58,978 nucleotides of DNA from Chara braunii (Eukaryota; Plantae; Charophyceae), in NCBI GenBank assembly GCA_003427395.1, contig BFEA01000008.1, positions 5,124,291 to 5,183,268 of the forward strand, read 5' to 3'. How positions within the stretch are numbered: position 1 is the stretch's first letter; each line of letters opens with the position of its first letter. The translations under genes and the position numbers were made by a program. Below the pieces are notes generated by a model. The model had not been told where the DNA came from. It did not search any database and saw nothing but the letters and a program-made list of their open reading frames with translations. Shown in pieces: positions 12,350 through 23,883 of this stretch.

Positions 12350-14400
12350 GCAGACATTGTCTACTCGTTAGAAAAAGAGCACTGTGTTGTCTGCCCAGAG
12401 GGAGAGTATGTGAACACACAACTCTTTTCCATGGCATTTATTGGAGGATGCCTGCAACTTCAGCCCGCTCCGTAGAACCACATGCCAGACATAGACCCGG
12501 ACATTCGTGCGTACATCATGCAGCGCCCAGAGTGTTGTTACCTTTGAGGATAACTCATGGACCCTATGGGATGGTGGCAGAGTGCACATGATGGGAAATA
12601 TTAACTCTTTCTATCACCCAGCGGCAGAATCCCACTTGGTCTGGCTGATCAATCAGGAACAGCATGTGGACGTACGCTCACAAGGTCTACAGCCTCCTGA
12701 GAACTATCCATCTGAACCTCCCCCCCTCCCCTCTACATGGCCAGGCAGCATCCCTCGTGTATACCAGACAGTTTCTACGGCGGGTAGAGAAGTGGTCTCT
12801 CTAATGGATAGTGGTTGTGTCATGCCATTCTGTTTGCTCCATGCTATTCGGTCTCCATACAGCTACAAATCGATGAGAATGCACACGGCATACTACTCCG
12901 AATGCTATGAAGGTATGGCCACTGCCAGGCTCTGCTGCAAAAACTGCAACCCATTGCCTTGCACTCATCATCCCCCCCCCCTCCCTTATTACTCGCCTGA
13001 TATGTCATTGTGGCCTAGGTAGTAGCTGTGAATGTCAGCCTGCTTGCCTGCTGGCATGCCAGCAACATGCCATGTGTCGTCAGCGTTTCCAGGAACATGT
13101 CATTGAAAGTACGTCTCTCTCCTGTGTGGACTATCCTCAATGCCATTACCCAGCCATATCCCCTGTCCCAGCATGCCCTACATGCAGCACTGGGCATACA
13201 CCAGAGCAGCAACAGCAGTCAGATCTCCTTGATCCTTGCCAGACAAACAACAGACACAGCAGCCTGTCTGAGGTGGAAAATAGACTATCACATGAACCAT
13301 CTACAGTGTGCTGTACTAAGAGGTTATCACTGCAACAGCGAGCTGTTGCAGACCGAATCTCGAAACAGCTAAACACCCTTATACTTTGGATCAGCCTTCG
13401 TCGCCGCCCGCCCACAGAGAGGGAACAATTACTGTGGAAACCCAAGAGACTTGCTCAATGCCGCTCTGTGATGGCCCACCTGAGATTCGGTTAGAATGTC
13501 CAATTTGTAGAAAGGGGCTGGATCGGCAATATGCCTATACAATTGTCGCCGGCATGCCTCTGTGTTCCTCTCATGTAGTAGCCTGTGACAGGTCTACACT
13601 GTGCCATTGCATGCCGCAGATGAAACTGCAAGAAATGGATGTGGTGCTTCCATCGCCCACACCCGAAGTGGTCCTGTCCAGTCTCCAGTCTGTAGGAGTG
13701 GCTACTTACCGTAGGGCCTACGCAATGGCAGCTCAACAGCCCAAAGTCTTCTGCAACCCAAACACTGGCTGGCCTCTTGTGCCATTTCTAGAGTAGTCTG
13801 CTCCAGCAGCGAGTATTCAGAACCCTGTGAAGTTCGTCTTTTTTCTTCTATTCGGTTCTTTGCCCCTCCACTTCCCTCCTCTACCTCTTCTCCCTCCCCC
13901 GCTCCCTTCCTATAGAACTCTCACCCCCAGTGCCTACCCCTTTCCTTCCTCCCTCCTCTTGGGTACTAGCAAATTCATATGAATGGGCATCACTAAGAGA
14001 ACAGATGAGATATAAGCTGAAGATCACAAGACAAATGAACAGGAGTATATCTCCCCCCTTTACTCTGCCTCCTTTGTGCAAGTGGGATGTTATGGCAGAC
14101 GGGGATGTGGGGAAACTGGCACTCATCAAGAATTAACATGGCCAGTTTTGCATGTGAGAGTCACAGTAAATAGGGAGCTGGCAAGAACAAATAAAAGGGC
14201 TACCCCAAAGAAAGCCAAAGTAAAGAAAGTCAAGAAAGCGATACAACGGGTCTATTCTGCTCCATATTGCTTGCTATAGAGGGAAAACTGCTTTCTTGTT
14301 GCATCGGCTCATCTCAAGCGTGCTTCATTGTCTGCAATAGAGGTAAAGCTGCTCAATTTTGGATCTACTCATCTGGGTAAAACAGGGGCTGTTGCGGTGA
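12350..14400 (+). pseudogene. Decayed Cys-rich coding-like region of unknown family (repeated at 16305-18355)
   Basis: A run of overlapping +-strand ORFs (12507..13022, 12907..13494, 13386..13796, 13930..14136) in non-repetitive sequence, with CxxC motifs (CVVC, CKNC, CPTC, CPIC). I recognise no family. Confidence 0.3.
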
Positions 14401-14547
14401 AAATCTACAACACAAACGAGTACACAGAAAGTACACAGAGACTGACAGAGTGTTGGTGCCACTAAAGTCCGCCACTTTTCTCAGGGGTCTCACTAACTCT
14501 TGGCAACGTGGTGAGTCCTTCTCCGTCAGTCAAATGCATCCTGGGGC

Positions 14548-14600
14548 GACTGTTGGGGTTCAACCTCGTGAGGAGTCCGTGAAAGTTCAACGAAACAGTC
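14548..14600 (+). ncRNA. Degenerate type III hammerhead ribozyme (subfamily B; artefactual repeat at 18503-18555)
   Basis: gactGTT-ggggttcaacctc-GTGAGGA-gtc..aac-GAAAC-agtc. Stem III gactgt/acagtc is intact. Core C3 is mutated to G and stem II is damaged. Confidence 0.6.
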
Positions 14601-14862
14601 TGGCACAGTCAAGCTTTTTTTGTGGAGTTCTGTAGTGAACATTACAAGACGCACACACACGCATGACCCCTTGTACACATGCACAGTCACTGCCTCACTC
14701 AGACTCAGCTCAGCACCTCACACTCACTCATGAGCTCTCATCCTCAGTCAATCACTGACTCGCCCAATCACCCACTCCCTCAGTCATTCACTCACTCACC
14801 CACAGGCCACCCTTATCGAAAACTCTCAATCAAACAACTCTCTCTCTCTCTCTCTCTCTCTC

Positions 14863-14900
14863 CTGTCTCTTATACACATCTAGATGTGTATAAGAGACAG
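14863..14900. other. Nextera mate-pair junction adapter (Tn5 mosaic ends, head-to-head); library contamination
   Basis: Exact CTGTCTCTTATACACATCT+AGATGTGTATAAGAGACAG. Confidence 0.97.
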
Positions 14901-15695
14901 ACATTAGACCAAGTGCATTGTATCTGTTCCAATCAACTTTAATATCCAATCCCTGGTCCATCAGTCCACATGATTTGATTTGATTTGATTTTTTTNCTCC
15001 GCGTATACGGCCAGCCAAAAGTGGAAACCGCGCCGTTTCCACTTGGCTGAATCGGGCCTACCGGCCCAGGCCCGTTCATTCCAAATTTCGCCCCGCGTAT
15101 ACGGGAGCGTTTTCAGGAAGTACTGGTGGTTTAAGTTTCCACCTATGCAGCTTTCGGATTTTGTCTGCGGAGGTGGCAATCAATCTGATCAGTTCAATGA
15201 TCTGAGCAGTGGTCCATTGGGTCCAAAAAAAAAAAGGGTTCTTAAGCCGCAAGTACACGGCCCCAGCCTTGCAGAAAGTTTTAGTCGCCACAAGCAAAAC
15301 TCGGAGGGGCCGTGCGGCGTTGGGCATCGTTGAAAACAAAAAAAATCGGCAACCAAAGTGGTCCAGGTTTCGTGCTGACACCCGCGGGCCGATGTGTGGT
15401 GTACTGGTGCTTTAAAAAGAAAGAAACCAGACCATGCTTCGGTGTCCTCGACCCAGTCCCAGATATTATAATAGCGACAAGTTGACTTCTCGAAGTTCTC
15501 GTCTAGGCACCAGCCACTCACTCGAGGTTTTTCAACTGCCCGCTGCCCAGGAAACAACAGCTCAGTTGCAGTCCAATGTGTTGTAACTTGTAAGCAACCA
15601 TCATTTCTGCGGTTCTTTTTTTTTTTTTTGGGGGGGGGGCGCGGGGGGGTCAAACTTGGAATGTTTCATTAGGTTATCTTGGCATCAAAACTGCC

Positions 15696-15784
<89 letters not shown>

Positions 15785-18700
15785 CGCCCGTCGCCTCGCC
15801 GCTAGTCAAATCATGCCACTTCCCGCTTCGGCCCCGCTCGTCGCCTCGCTAGTCAAAACATGCCACTTCCCGCTTTGACCCGGCCCGTCATGTCGCTTCA
15901 GCCCCGCTTCAGGCCCCACCCGTCTCAATTTTCCCGACTGCACGTGAGAGTGGTACCGCATCGGCCCATCTGACCGGGTCGGGTCTTCCCCCACACTTCA
16001 ACCGCCCCGCCCCTGTCCCCTGCCACCCGGCCCGGCCTTCCTTTCCCTACGGAACATGTCCGCCACCGTTCCTGCGATGCTGTGCTTCGCCGGCCTCCGG
16101 CGGCCAGCGCGATTCACTTCCCGGTGCCGGGCTGGACCCTCCCTCCGCCCTCAAGTGTACCGCTCGGCCCGCGCGCCGGCCGGGTTTCTGCTGGGCCCCA
16201 CGCTGGCCCCTTTGCATGCGTTAACAGTATATTAGAGACTACATTACAGGAAAAAAGGGATTCGGACCCTTAACCATAGCAAACTCTATACTGTTTCTGA
16301 TGTTGCAGACATTGTCTACTCGTTAGAAAAAGAGCACTGTGTTGTCTGCCCAGAGGGAGAGTATGTGAACACACAACTCTTTTCCATGGCATTTATTGGA
16401 GGATGCCTGCAACTTCAGCCCGCTCCGTAGAACCACATGCCAGACATAGACCCGGACATTCGTGCGTACATCATGCAGCGCCCAGAGTGTTGTTACCTTT
16501 GAGGATAACTCATGGACCCTATGGGATGGTGGCAGAGTGCACATGATGGGAAATATTAACTCTTTCTATCACCCAGCGGCAGAATCCCACTTGGTCTGGC
16601 TGATCAATCAGGAACAGCATGTGGACGTACGCTCACAAGGTCTACAGCCTCCTGAGAACTATCCATCTGAACCTCCCCCCCTCCCCTCTACATGGCCAGG
16701 CAGCATCCCTCGTGTATACCAGACAGTTTCTACGGCGGGTAGAGAAGTGGTCTCTCTAATGGATAGTGGTTGTGTCATGCCATTCTGTTTGCTCCATGCT
16801 ATTCGGTCTCCATACAGCTACAAATCGATGAGAATGCACACGGCATACTACTCCGAATGCTATGAAGGTATGGCCACTGCCAGGCTCTGCTGCAAAAACT
16901 GCAACCCATTGCCTTGCACTCATCATCCCCCCCCCCTCCCTTATTACTCGCCTGATATGTCATTGTGGCCTAGGTAGTAGCTGTGAATGTCAGCCTGCTT
17001 GCCTGCTGGCATGCCAGCAACATGCCATGTGTCGTCAGCGTTTCCAGGAACATGTCATTGAAAGTACGTCTCTCTCCTGTGTGGACTATCCTCAATGCCA
17101 TTACCCAGCCATATCCCCTGTCCCAGCATGCCCTACATGCAGCACTGGGCATACACCAGAGCAGCAACAGCAGTCAGATCTCCTTGATCCTTGCCAGACA
17201 AACAACAGACACAGCAGCCTGTCTGAGGTGGAAAATAGACTATCACATGAACCATCTACAGTGTGCTGTACTAAGAGGTTATCACTGCAACAGCGAGCTG
17301 TTGCAGACCGAATCTCGAAACAGCTAAACACCCTTATACTTTGGATCAGCCTTCGTCGCCGCCCGCCCACAGAGAGGGAACAATTACTGTGGAAACCCAA
17401 GAGACTTGCTCAATGCCGCTCTGTGATGGCCCACCTGAGATTCGGTTAGAATGTCCAATTTGTAGAAAGGGGCTGGATCGGCAATATGCCTATACAATTG
17501 TCGCCGGCATGCCTCTGTGTTCCTCTCATGTAGTAGCCTGTGACAGGTCTACACTGTGCCATTGCATGCCGCAGATGAAACTGCAAGAAATGGATGTGGT
17601 GCTTCCATCGCCCACACCCGAAGTGGTCCTGTCCAGTCTCCAGTCTGTAGGAGTGGCTACTTACCGTAGGGCCTACGCAATGGCAGCTCAACAGCCCAAA
17701 GTCTTCTGCAACCCAAACACTGGCTGGCCTCTTGTGCCATTTCTAGAGTAGTCTGCTCCAGCAGCGAGTATTCAGAACCCTGTGAAGTTCGTCTTTTTTC
17801 TTCTATTCGGTTCTTTGCCCCTCCACTTCCCTCCTCTACCTCTTCTCCCTCCCCCGCTCCCTTCCTATAGAACTCTCACCCCCAGTGCCTACCCCTTTCC
17901 TTCCTCCCTCCTCTTGGGTACTAGCAAATTCATATGAATGGGCATCACTAAGAGAACAGATGAGATATAAGCTGAAGATCACAAGACAAATGAACAGGAG
18001 TATATCTCCCCCCTTTACTCTGCCTCCTTTGTGCAAGTGGGATGTTATGGCAGACGGGGATGTGGGGAAACTGGCACTCATCAAGAATTAACATGGCCAG
18101 TTTTGCATGTGAGAGTCACAGTAAATAGGGAGCTGGCAAGAACAAATAAAAGGGCTACCCCAAAGAAAGCCAAAGTAAAGAAAGTCAAGAAAGCGATACA
18201 ACGGGTCTATTCTGCTCCATATTGCTTGCTATAGAGGGAAAACTGCTTTCTTGTTGCATCGGCTCATCTCAAGCGTGCTTCATTGTCTGCAATAGAGGTA
18301 AAGCTGCTCAATTTTGGATCTACTCATCTGGGTAAAACAGGGGCTGTTGCGGTGAAAATCTACAACACAAACGAGTACACAGAAAGTACACAGAGACTGA
18401 CAGAGTGTTGGTGCCACTAAAGTCCGCCACTTTTCTCAGGGGTCTCACTAACTCTTGGCAACGTGGTGAGTCCTTCTCCGTCAGTCAAATGCATCCTGGG
18501 GCGACTGTTGGGGTTCAACCTCGTGAGGAGTCCGTGAAAGTTCAACGAAACAGTCTGGCACAGTCAAGCTTTTTTTGTGGAGTTCTGTAGTGAACATTAC
18601 AAGACGCACACACACGCATGACCCCTTGTACACATGCACAGTCACTGCCTCACTCAGACTCAGCTCAGCACCTCACACTCACTCATGAGCTCTCATCCTC

Positions 18701-19539
18701 AGTCAATCACTGACTCGCCCAATCACCCACTCCCTCAGTCATTCACTCACTCACCCACAGGCCACCCTTATCGAAAACTCTCAATCAAACAACTCTCTCT
18801 CTCTCTCTCTCAAAACACCAATGCCAACTTTACTAGAAGTTTGTTTCCTCGCAAGAAGAACAAGAACAAGAACAAAACGGAAACGAAAAGAAGAAGAAGA
18901 AGAAGAAGAAGAAGAAGAAGAAGAAGCAAAGAAGAAAAAGGCAAAGGTAAGTGAAGGAGAAGGAAGAGATAGAGGAGGAGGAAGATAGAGTGGGCGAGAA
19001 ATAAAGATTGTGATGCCGACAGGGGTCGCCCACTGCCTTCATGACGGCACGGTGCAAGTGCATGGGGGGAGGAAGCGGTAGCTCCAACAGTCCGAATGCA
19101 CGACCCCATGTGCTCAAAGCCCATCCGAACCTGGCTCCATATGGCGCCTGGAACCAACCACAATTCAAAAACAATACAATGTGGCCTGTCGATACAAGCT
19201 GATCGATGGCCCAGATTGTTTGTTTTTTTTTTTTTTTTTTTTTCCCATTCTTTTTCAAGTTGTGTACCTCTCTGAGTCTCTGCCCATTTTTTTCTCCCCT
19301 TGGGCGTTACGACACCCCTCTCATAGCCCCTGATTACCTCGCTGCAGCCTGTGCCTATTTTGCACAGGACCAAGATACTCATTACCCAGGTCTCACACTT
19401 CCTTCTTTTCTTTTCCCCATTTTTTGGCTTTCCCAGGTAAAAAGGGGTTGGCTTGCCAGGGCCCAGCTGTCTGGTCAGGCCAACCTAAGCCACATACAAA
19501 AAAAGATAGAAAAACTTTGAACAATGGAATTTTCAATCT

Positions 19540-19648
19540 GGAAAGATGCATTCAAGCTCAACCTCAGGAAAGATGCATTCAAGCTCAACCTCAGGAAAGA
19601 TGCATTCAAGCTCAACCTCAGGAAAGATGCATTCAAGCTCAACCTCAT
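19540..19648 (+). repeat. 27-bp perfect tandem repeat x4
   Basis: Unit ggaaagatgcattcaagctcaacctca. Confidence 0.95.
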
Positions 19649-20089
19649 CCATTCAACTGCATGTTTGCTACCAAGACGGCGACCAAATCACAGTTTTCTT
19701 CTTCTTCTTCTTCTTAAAGGGCGACGGCCTCGAGATATCATCATTGAGCTGACCGGCCGCAAGTAATGAATTCAGAATTATCATTTATGTCTGATCGTTT
19801 CGGGGTTCGAAGTCGTGTCTGTATTTCAACAGTTCATGGGTGTACCAACAAATCATAACTCAATCTGAGCCTGAGAGTCATTTTTTAAATAATACACGAA
19901 AAGTCTTTGTTCCTTTGAAAATTACACAAGCCTCCTGTAGTATAACACCATACATCGTCATAGGGAACTGCCCAGTGAATAGTATACGACGAGTGAGGAG
20001 AGGACAACACACAATAGGACTGTGACAGACTTCTTCGTCGGAGTTTCACCGACTCATACCCTGTACATTATATACAAGTCCTTCATAAA

Positions 20090-20151
<62 letters not shown>

Positions 20152-20991
20152 CACACACACACACACACATACACACACAATCAGTTTTATGCCTGTCAAT
20201 CTTTTACCTGTTGTCTGTCCTCCCTCTGAATTTTTCTAAGTATTTGACCGTGTGCCCAACTGAGCACCCTTAAGTAGTGCCAAACAGTCGGTGGTTCCAC
20301 GTCTGGAGTGCCTACTGCACTCTTAGGGGGGGCGCTCGGGTCGGGGTGTATGTGTTGCCTGTGGGTGATGACGGATGCTCGTCCGAGTGTCTCCCTGGCT
20401 CAGTGGGTGGTGACAACCAACAGTCTGCGGGGTAATCGTGATGTGAGTAGGTCGTGTGCCGCTTTGCTCCGTGTTGGATGTGTGCACGGCCTCGTCTGTG
20501 CTCCGCCGCTGCCCTGCTCCCTGTCCCGCTTGCTTCGCATGTGGTTCTTTGCAGGTTGATGTGTTCGCTGTGTGGTGTGGCCGTGTTGTTGGTGTTGCCT
20601 TCCGCTTCGCTGCTCAGCTGCCTTGCTGCCCTTCCGCTGGTCATGCCTATTTGCTACTTGCGGGCCTTGTTGGATGGTTGCCTTCTCGCTGATGCCTTGT
20701 GCTTCGCTCCACGTTTGCTGAGCTGCTGGTCCGCTCGCCCTGTCGTCCCTTGCAGTGTGATTACCTTGCTTGTGCTGCCTTGTGCTTCACTACATGGCTG
20801 CCGCGCTGCATGTCGTGATTGCCATGTCGTTCCTTGCGGTCGTTTTTGGCGTTGTGCAGCCGTGTTGCCTCTACTGTGTTGCCTGGTGCTCCACAGGGTT
20901 GCTGCCCGCTGCTATGTTCCGCTTGGGGACAGCCTGCCTTCAACAAGGGCAAAGGGTTCATGACCCAAACCATCAAATATGGAGATTCCGC

Positions 20992-21047
20992 AGATTGTCG
21001 AGGGTTCAGCCTCCTGATAAGTTGGTGCAACTCCGACGAAACAATCT
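20992..21047 (+). ncRNA. Type III hammerhead ribozyme (G8->A variant, probably impaired)
   Basis: agattGTC-gagg(gttcag)cctc-CTGATAA-gttgg(tgcaact)ccgac-GAAAC-aatct. Confidence 0.8.
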
Positions 21048-21403
21048 CTCATCATCGGTTTTTATTTTTCTCGGTCTTTGAAACTTTTATGGACTTGTAC
21101 ATTTTTCTGATTTGCCTACCATGTATGCTCGTTTACCGTCTACAGTCCTATATCCGTCGGGCCTGCCTTCCAGCCCTCGTTCATTTTTTTGTTGCCTGCC
21201 GTGTCTGCTGCTTGTGTATTGTCTTGCCCTCCTTCCTCCCCCATGCCCTCCAACCTATGTGTTGTCATGCTGCTTGTGGCCTGTGTGTTTCATTGTCGTC
21301 CCTTCCTTGCCTTTTTTTGGACTCATCTCCACTCAGATGCGTATTGTCCTCCTCCTCCTGAAGTGTTGCGATGGTATGGTGCATCGTTTTTACTGTGCAC
21401 AGG

Positions 21404-21441
21404 CTGTCTCTTATACACATCTAGATGTGTATAAGAGACAG
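21404..21441. other. Nextera mate-pair junction adapter; artefact causing a 157-bp duplication
   Basis: Exact 38-mer. 21247-21403 is repeated at 21442-21598. Confidence 0.97.
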
Positions 21442-21642
21442 CCTCCAACCTATGTGTTGTCATGCTGCTTGTGGCCTGTGTGTTTCATTGTCGTCCCTTC
21501 CTTGCCTTTTTTTGGACTCATCTCCACTCAGATGCGTATTGTCCTCCTCCTCCTGAAGTGTTGCGATGGTATGGTGCATCGTTTTTACTGTGCACAGGTG
21601 TCCGTAATATGTGTTCACACACACATACACACACACACACAC

Positions 21643-22723
21643 AATCAGTTGCCTGTTTGTCTGTTTTCTTGTTGTTGTCTGTTCTCCCCCTAATCTTTTC
21701 TGTGTTTTTGTTACCCAAACTGAGCACCCTGAAGTAGTGCCAAACAGTCGGTGGTTCCTCGTTTGGAGTGTCTACTGCACTCTTATGGGGGCCGCTCAGT
21801 TCGGGTTGTCTGTGTTGCCTGTAGGTGATGACGGATGCTCGTCGGAGTAACTCCCTGGCTCAGTGGGTGGTGGGAACCAACAGTCTGTAGGGATCAACCG
21901 TGATGTGAGTAGGCCATGTGCTGCTTTGCTCCGTGTTGGATGTGTGGACTGCCTCGTCTACGCACCACCGCCGTCTTGCTGCCTGTCCCGCTTGCCTTGC
22001 ATGTTGCTCTCTGCAAGTTGCTGTGTTCATTGTGTAGTGTGGCTGTGTTGTCGGTGTTGCCTTGCGCTTCGCTGCTCCGCTGCCTTGCTGCCCACTCGCT
22101 GGCCGTGCCCTTCGTGTTTCCGCGCTGCGCGCCATGTCTTCCTTGCAGTCGTTTTTGGCGTTTTGCAGTNGGGTTGCCTCTACTGTGCTGCCTAGTGCTC
22201 CACAGGGTCGCCGCCCGCTGCTGTGTTCCACTTGGAGACAGTCTGCCTTCATCAAGGGTCAAAGGGTTCATGACCCAAACCATCTAATACGGAGATTCCC
22301 GCAGATTGTCGAGGGTTCAGCCTCCTGATGAGTCATTGCAATTCCGACGAAACAATCTTGTCATCATCAGTTATTATTTTTATTTTTTATTTTTTTCGGT
22401 CCTTGAAACCTTTATGGACTTTAATTTTTTCTGGTTTGCCTGCCTCGTGTGCTTGTTGTTGTCTGCTGTCTTATATCCATCGTGCCTTCTAGCCCTTGCC
22501 TTTTTTGCCTGCTGTATCTGTTGCTTGTGGGTTGCTTGCCCTCCCTCCTCCACCGTGCCCTCCAGCCCATGTGTTGTCTTTCTGTTTGTGGCCTGTGTGT
22601 TTCGTTGTTCTTACTTCCTTACCTTCGGACTCACTCCACTCAGATGCGTATTCTCCTCCTGAAGTGTTGCGGTGGTATGGTGCATGGTCTGTATACTGTG
22701 CAGACGCGTCCGCAATATGTGTT
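21643..22723 (+). mobile_element. Hammerhead-containing non-coding repeat, copy B (tandem with A)
   Basis: Diverged homologue of copy A (e.g. cccaaactgagcaccctgaagtagtgccaaacagtcggtggttcc; aatatgtgttcacacac end). Flanked by (CA)n at 21615-21642 and 22724-22850. Confidence 0.75.
22303..22358 (+). ncRNA. Type III hammerhead ribozyme (intact core)
   Basis: agattGTC^gagg(gttcag)cctc-CTGATGA-gtc(attgcaattcc)gac-GAAAC-aatct. Predicted cleavage after 22310. Confidence 0.85.
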
Positions 22724-22787
22724 CACACACATCATCACACACACACACACACACACACACGCGCGCGTGCGCGCGCAAACACACACG

Positions 22788-22846
<59 letters not shown>

Positions 22847-23712
22847 ACACCAGCCTATGCCCTCACACATGCATCGCTAAGAGTCCTAAGACTGACTCTT
22901 CGCTGTACAGAAACGACAAAAGAAACAGAAGGCATGGCAGGACGCAATTTGCATAGCGTTGAGAGAAGAGAAGTGAGGGATAAGCCCAAGCAAGGAGATG
23001 TAAAAAGCTCATAGTGAAAAGCTGAAAAGCTGAAAACCCATAACTATTATAATAACAACAAAGTTAGATAACTTGAATAGAGCTGATGAATTAGGCTTTT
23101 AGAGAAATTTGGAAACGCTCACTCCAGTTTGAAGTACCGAGTCCAGAAGAGAACAAATCTGGAATCAAAGCAACGCTAATACATGCTATACTATTGTGCA
23201 CACAGTATCGCAATTTCTTTCTTTTCACCAAACCATTCTTGTGGTTCTGTTTTTGCCATTTTAAACGATTCTTTTGAATTTCTTTTGGCCACTTCCACCG
23301 CCATTTTCGCAGCGGTTTGGCGATTATGACCCTACTGATCGGACTCTCCCCGCCTCCTTCAATAAGACTTCCTTATGTAAATATGTAAATGCGGAAGTCA
23401 ATCCAAGTGGTATTCACTATTTACTATTTACATAAGGAAAAGGATAAAGATAAGATTTTATGAATCCCAACTGAATCACAAGGAAGAAGGAAGAAAAGGG
23501 GAGCCGAATGTCGATGCCGTCGAGTCGCTGTCAAGTCCCCCTCGAGTCGCCGTCAAGTGGTGGCCATCGAGTCAAACGAAACCAAGAAGATAGTTGATTA
23601 TCGGGACCTGAGCAGCATGGTTCACAAATTCCGCAGCTTCCGCCTCTGCATACCAAGAAGGAAGGCTAGCGTTTTGGCAGCACCAAAGGAAAAAGCCTAT
23701 TCTTGTTGTCTT

Positions 23713-23883
23713 TTATAAGGACAAGATAGGCGCATGCACAGAGAAACACGGCGACGCCCAAGCTGGAGGTAGTTCCCGAGCAATCGCTTTCACGGCATCC
23801 AGTGTGGCAATCAACATCTTCTTCTCTATCCGAAGCAGCTTTGCAGCCACCACTTTTTTCGGATCCTCATTAGGGTTTGCGAT
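23713..23883 (-). CDS. SAFE1: Exon 11 ([31 protein letters not shown]...[13 protein letters not shown]), not in ORF track
   Basis: Translated by hand. gtgtag| acceptor; TAA at 23715-23713. Confidence 0.88.
   Translation of the reverse strand: MANPNEDPKKVVAAKLLRIEKKMLIATLDAVKAIARELPPAWASPCFSVHAPILSL

Larger units (their letters stand above)
11042..18810. other. 3955-bp-offset identical direct duplication (11042-14862 vs 14997-18810); assembly artefact
   Basis: All ORFs repeat identically at +3955. The junction contains a Nextera adapter, a misplaced copy of 9739-9833 and an N. Confidence 0.9.
20179..21614 (+). mobile_element. Hammerhead-containing non-coding repeat, copy A (retrozyme-like)
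   Basis: Colinear with 21643-22723 and 31150-34830. Bounded by (CA)n on both sides. Contains the HHR at 20992-21047 and includes 195 bp of adapter artefact. Confidence 0.75.

Noticed and set aside
14863-14900. Perfect 38-bp palindrome as a native Tn5/IS50 end or horizontal transfer
   Set aside because: It is the synthetic mosaic-end Nextera junction adapter, and its flanks show mate-pair geometry.
19540-19648. CRISPR-like 27-bp repeats (also the 31-, 44- and 45-bp arrays)
   Set aside because: Contiguous tandem units without unique spacers, no cas genes, and a eukaryotic context.
20454-21693. Cys/Leu-rich ORFs inside the hammerhead element as an encoded protein
   Set aside because: Frames are not conserved among copies A, B and C, and they reflect TG/C-biased composition. 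One includes adapter sequence.
21724-21755. cacc-ctgaagtagtgccaaacagtc-ggtg as a second minimal hammerhead
   Set aside because: It lacks GA9 and GAAA, and CTGA is not conserved in copies A (ctta) or C (ctca).
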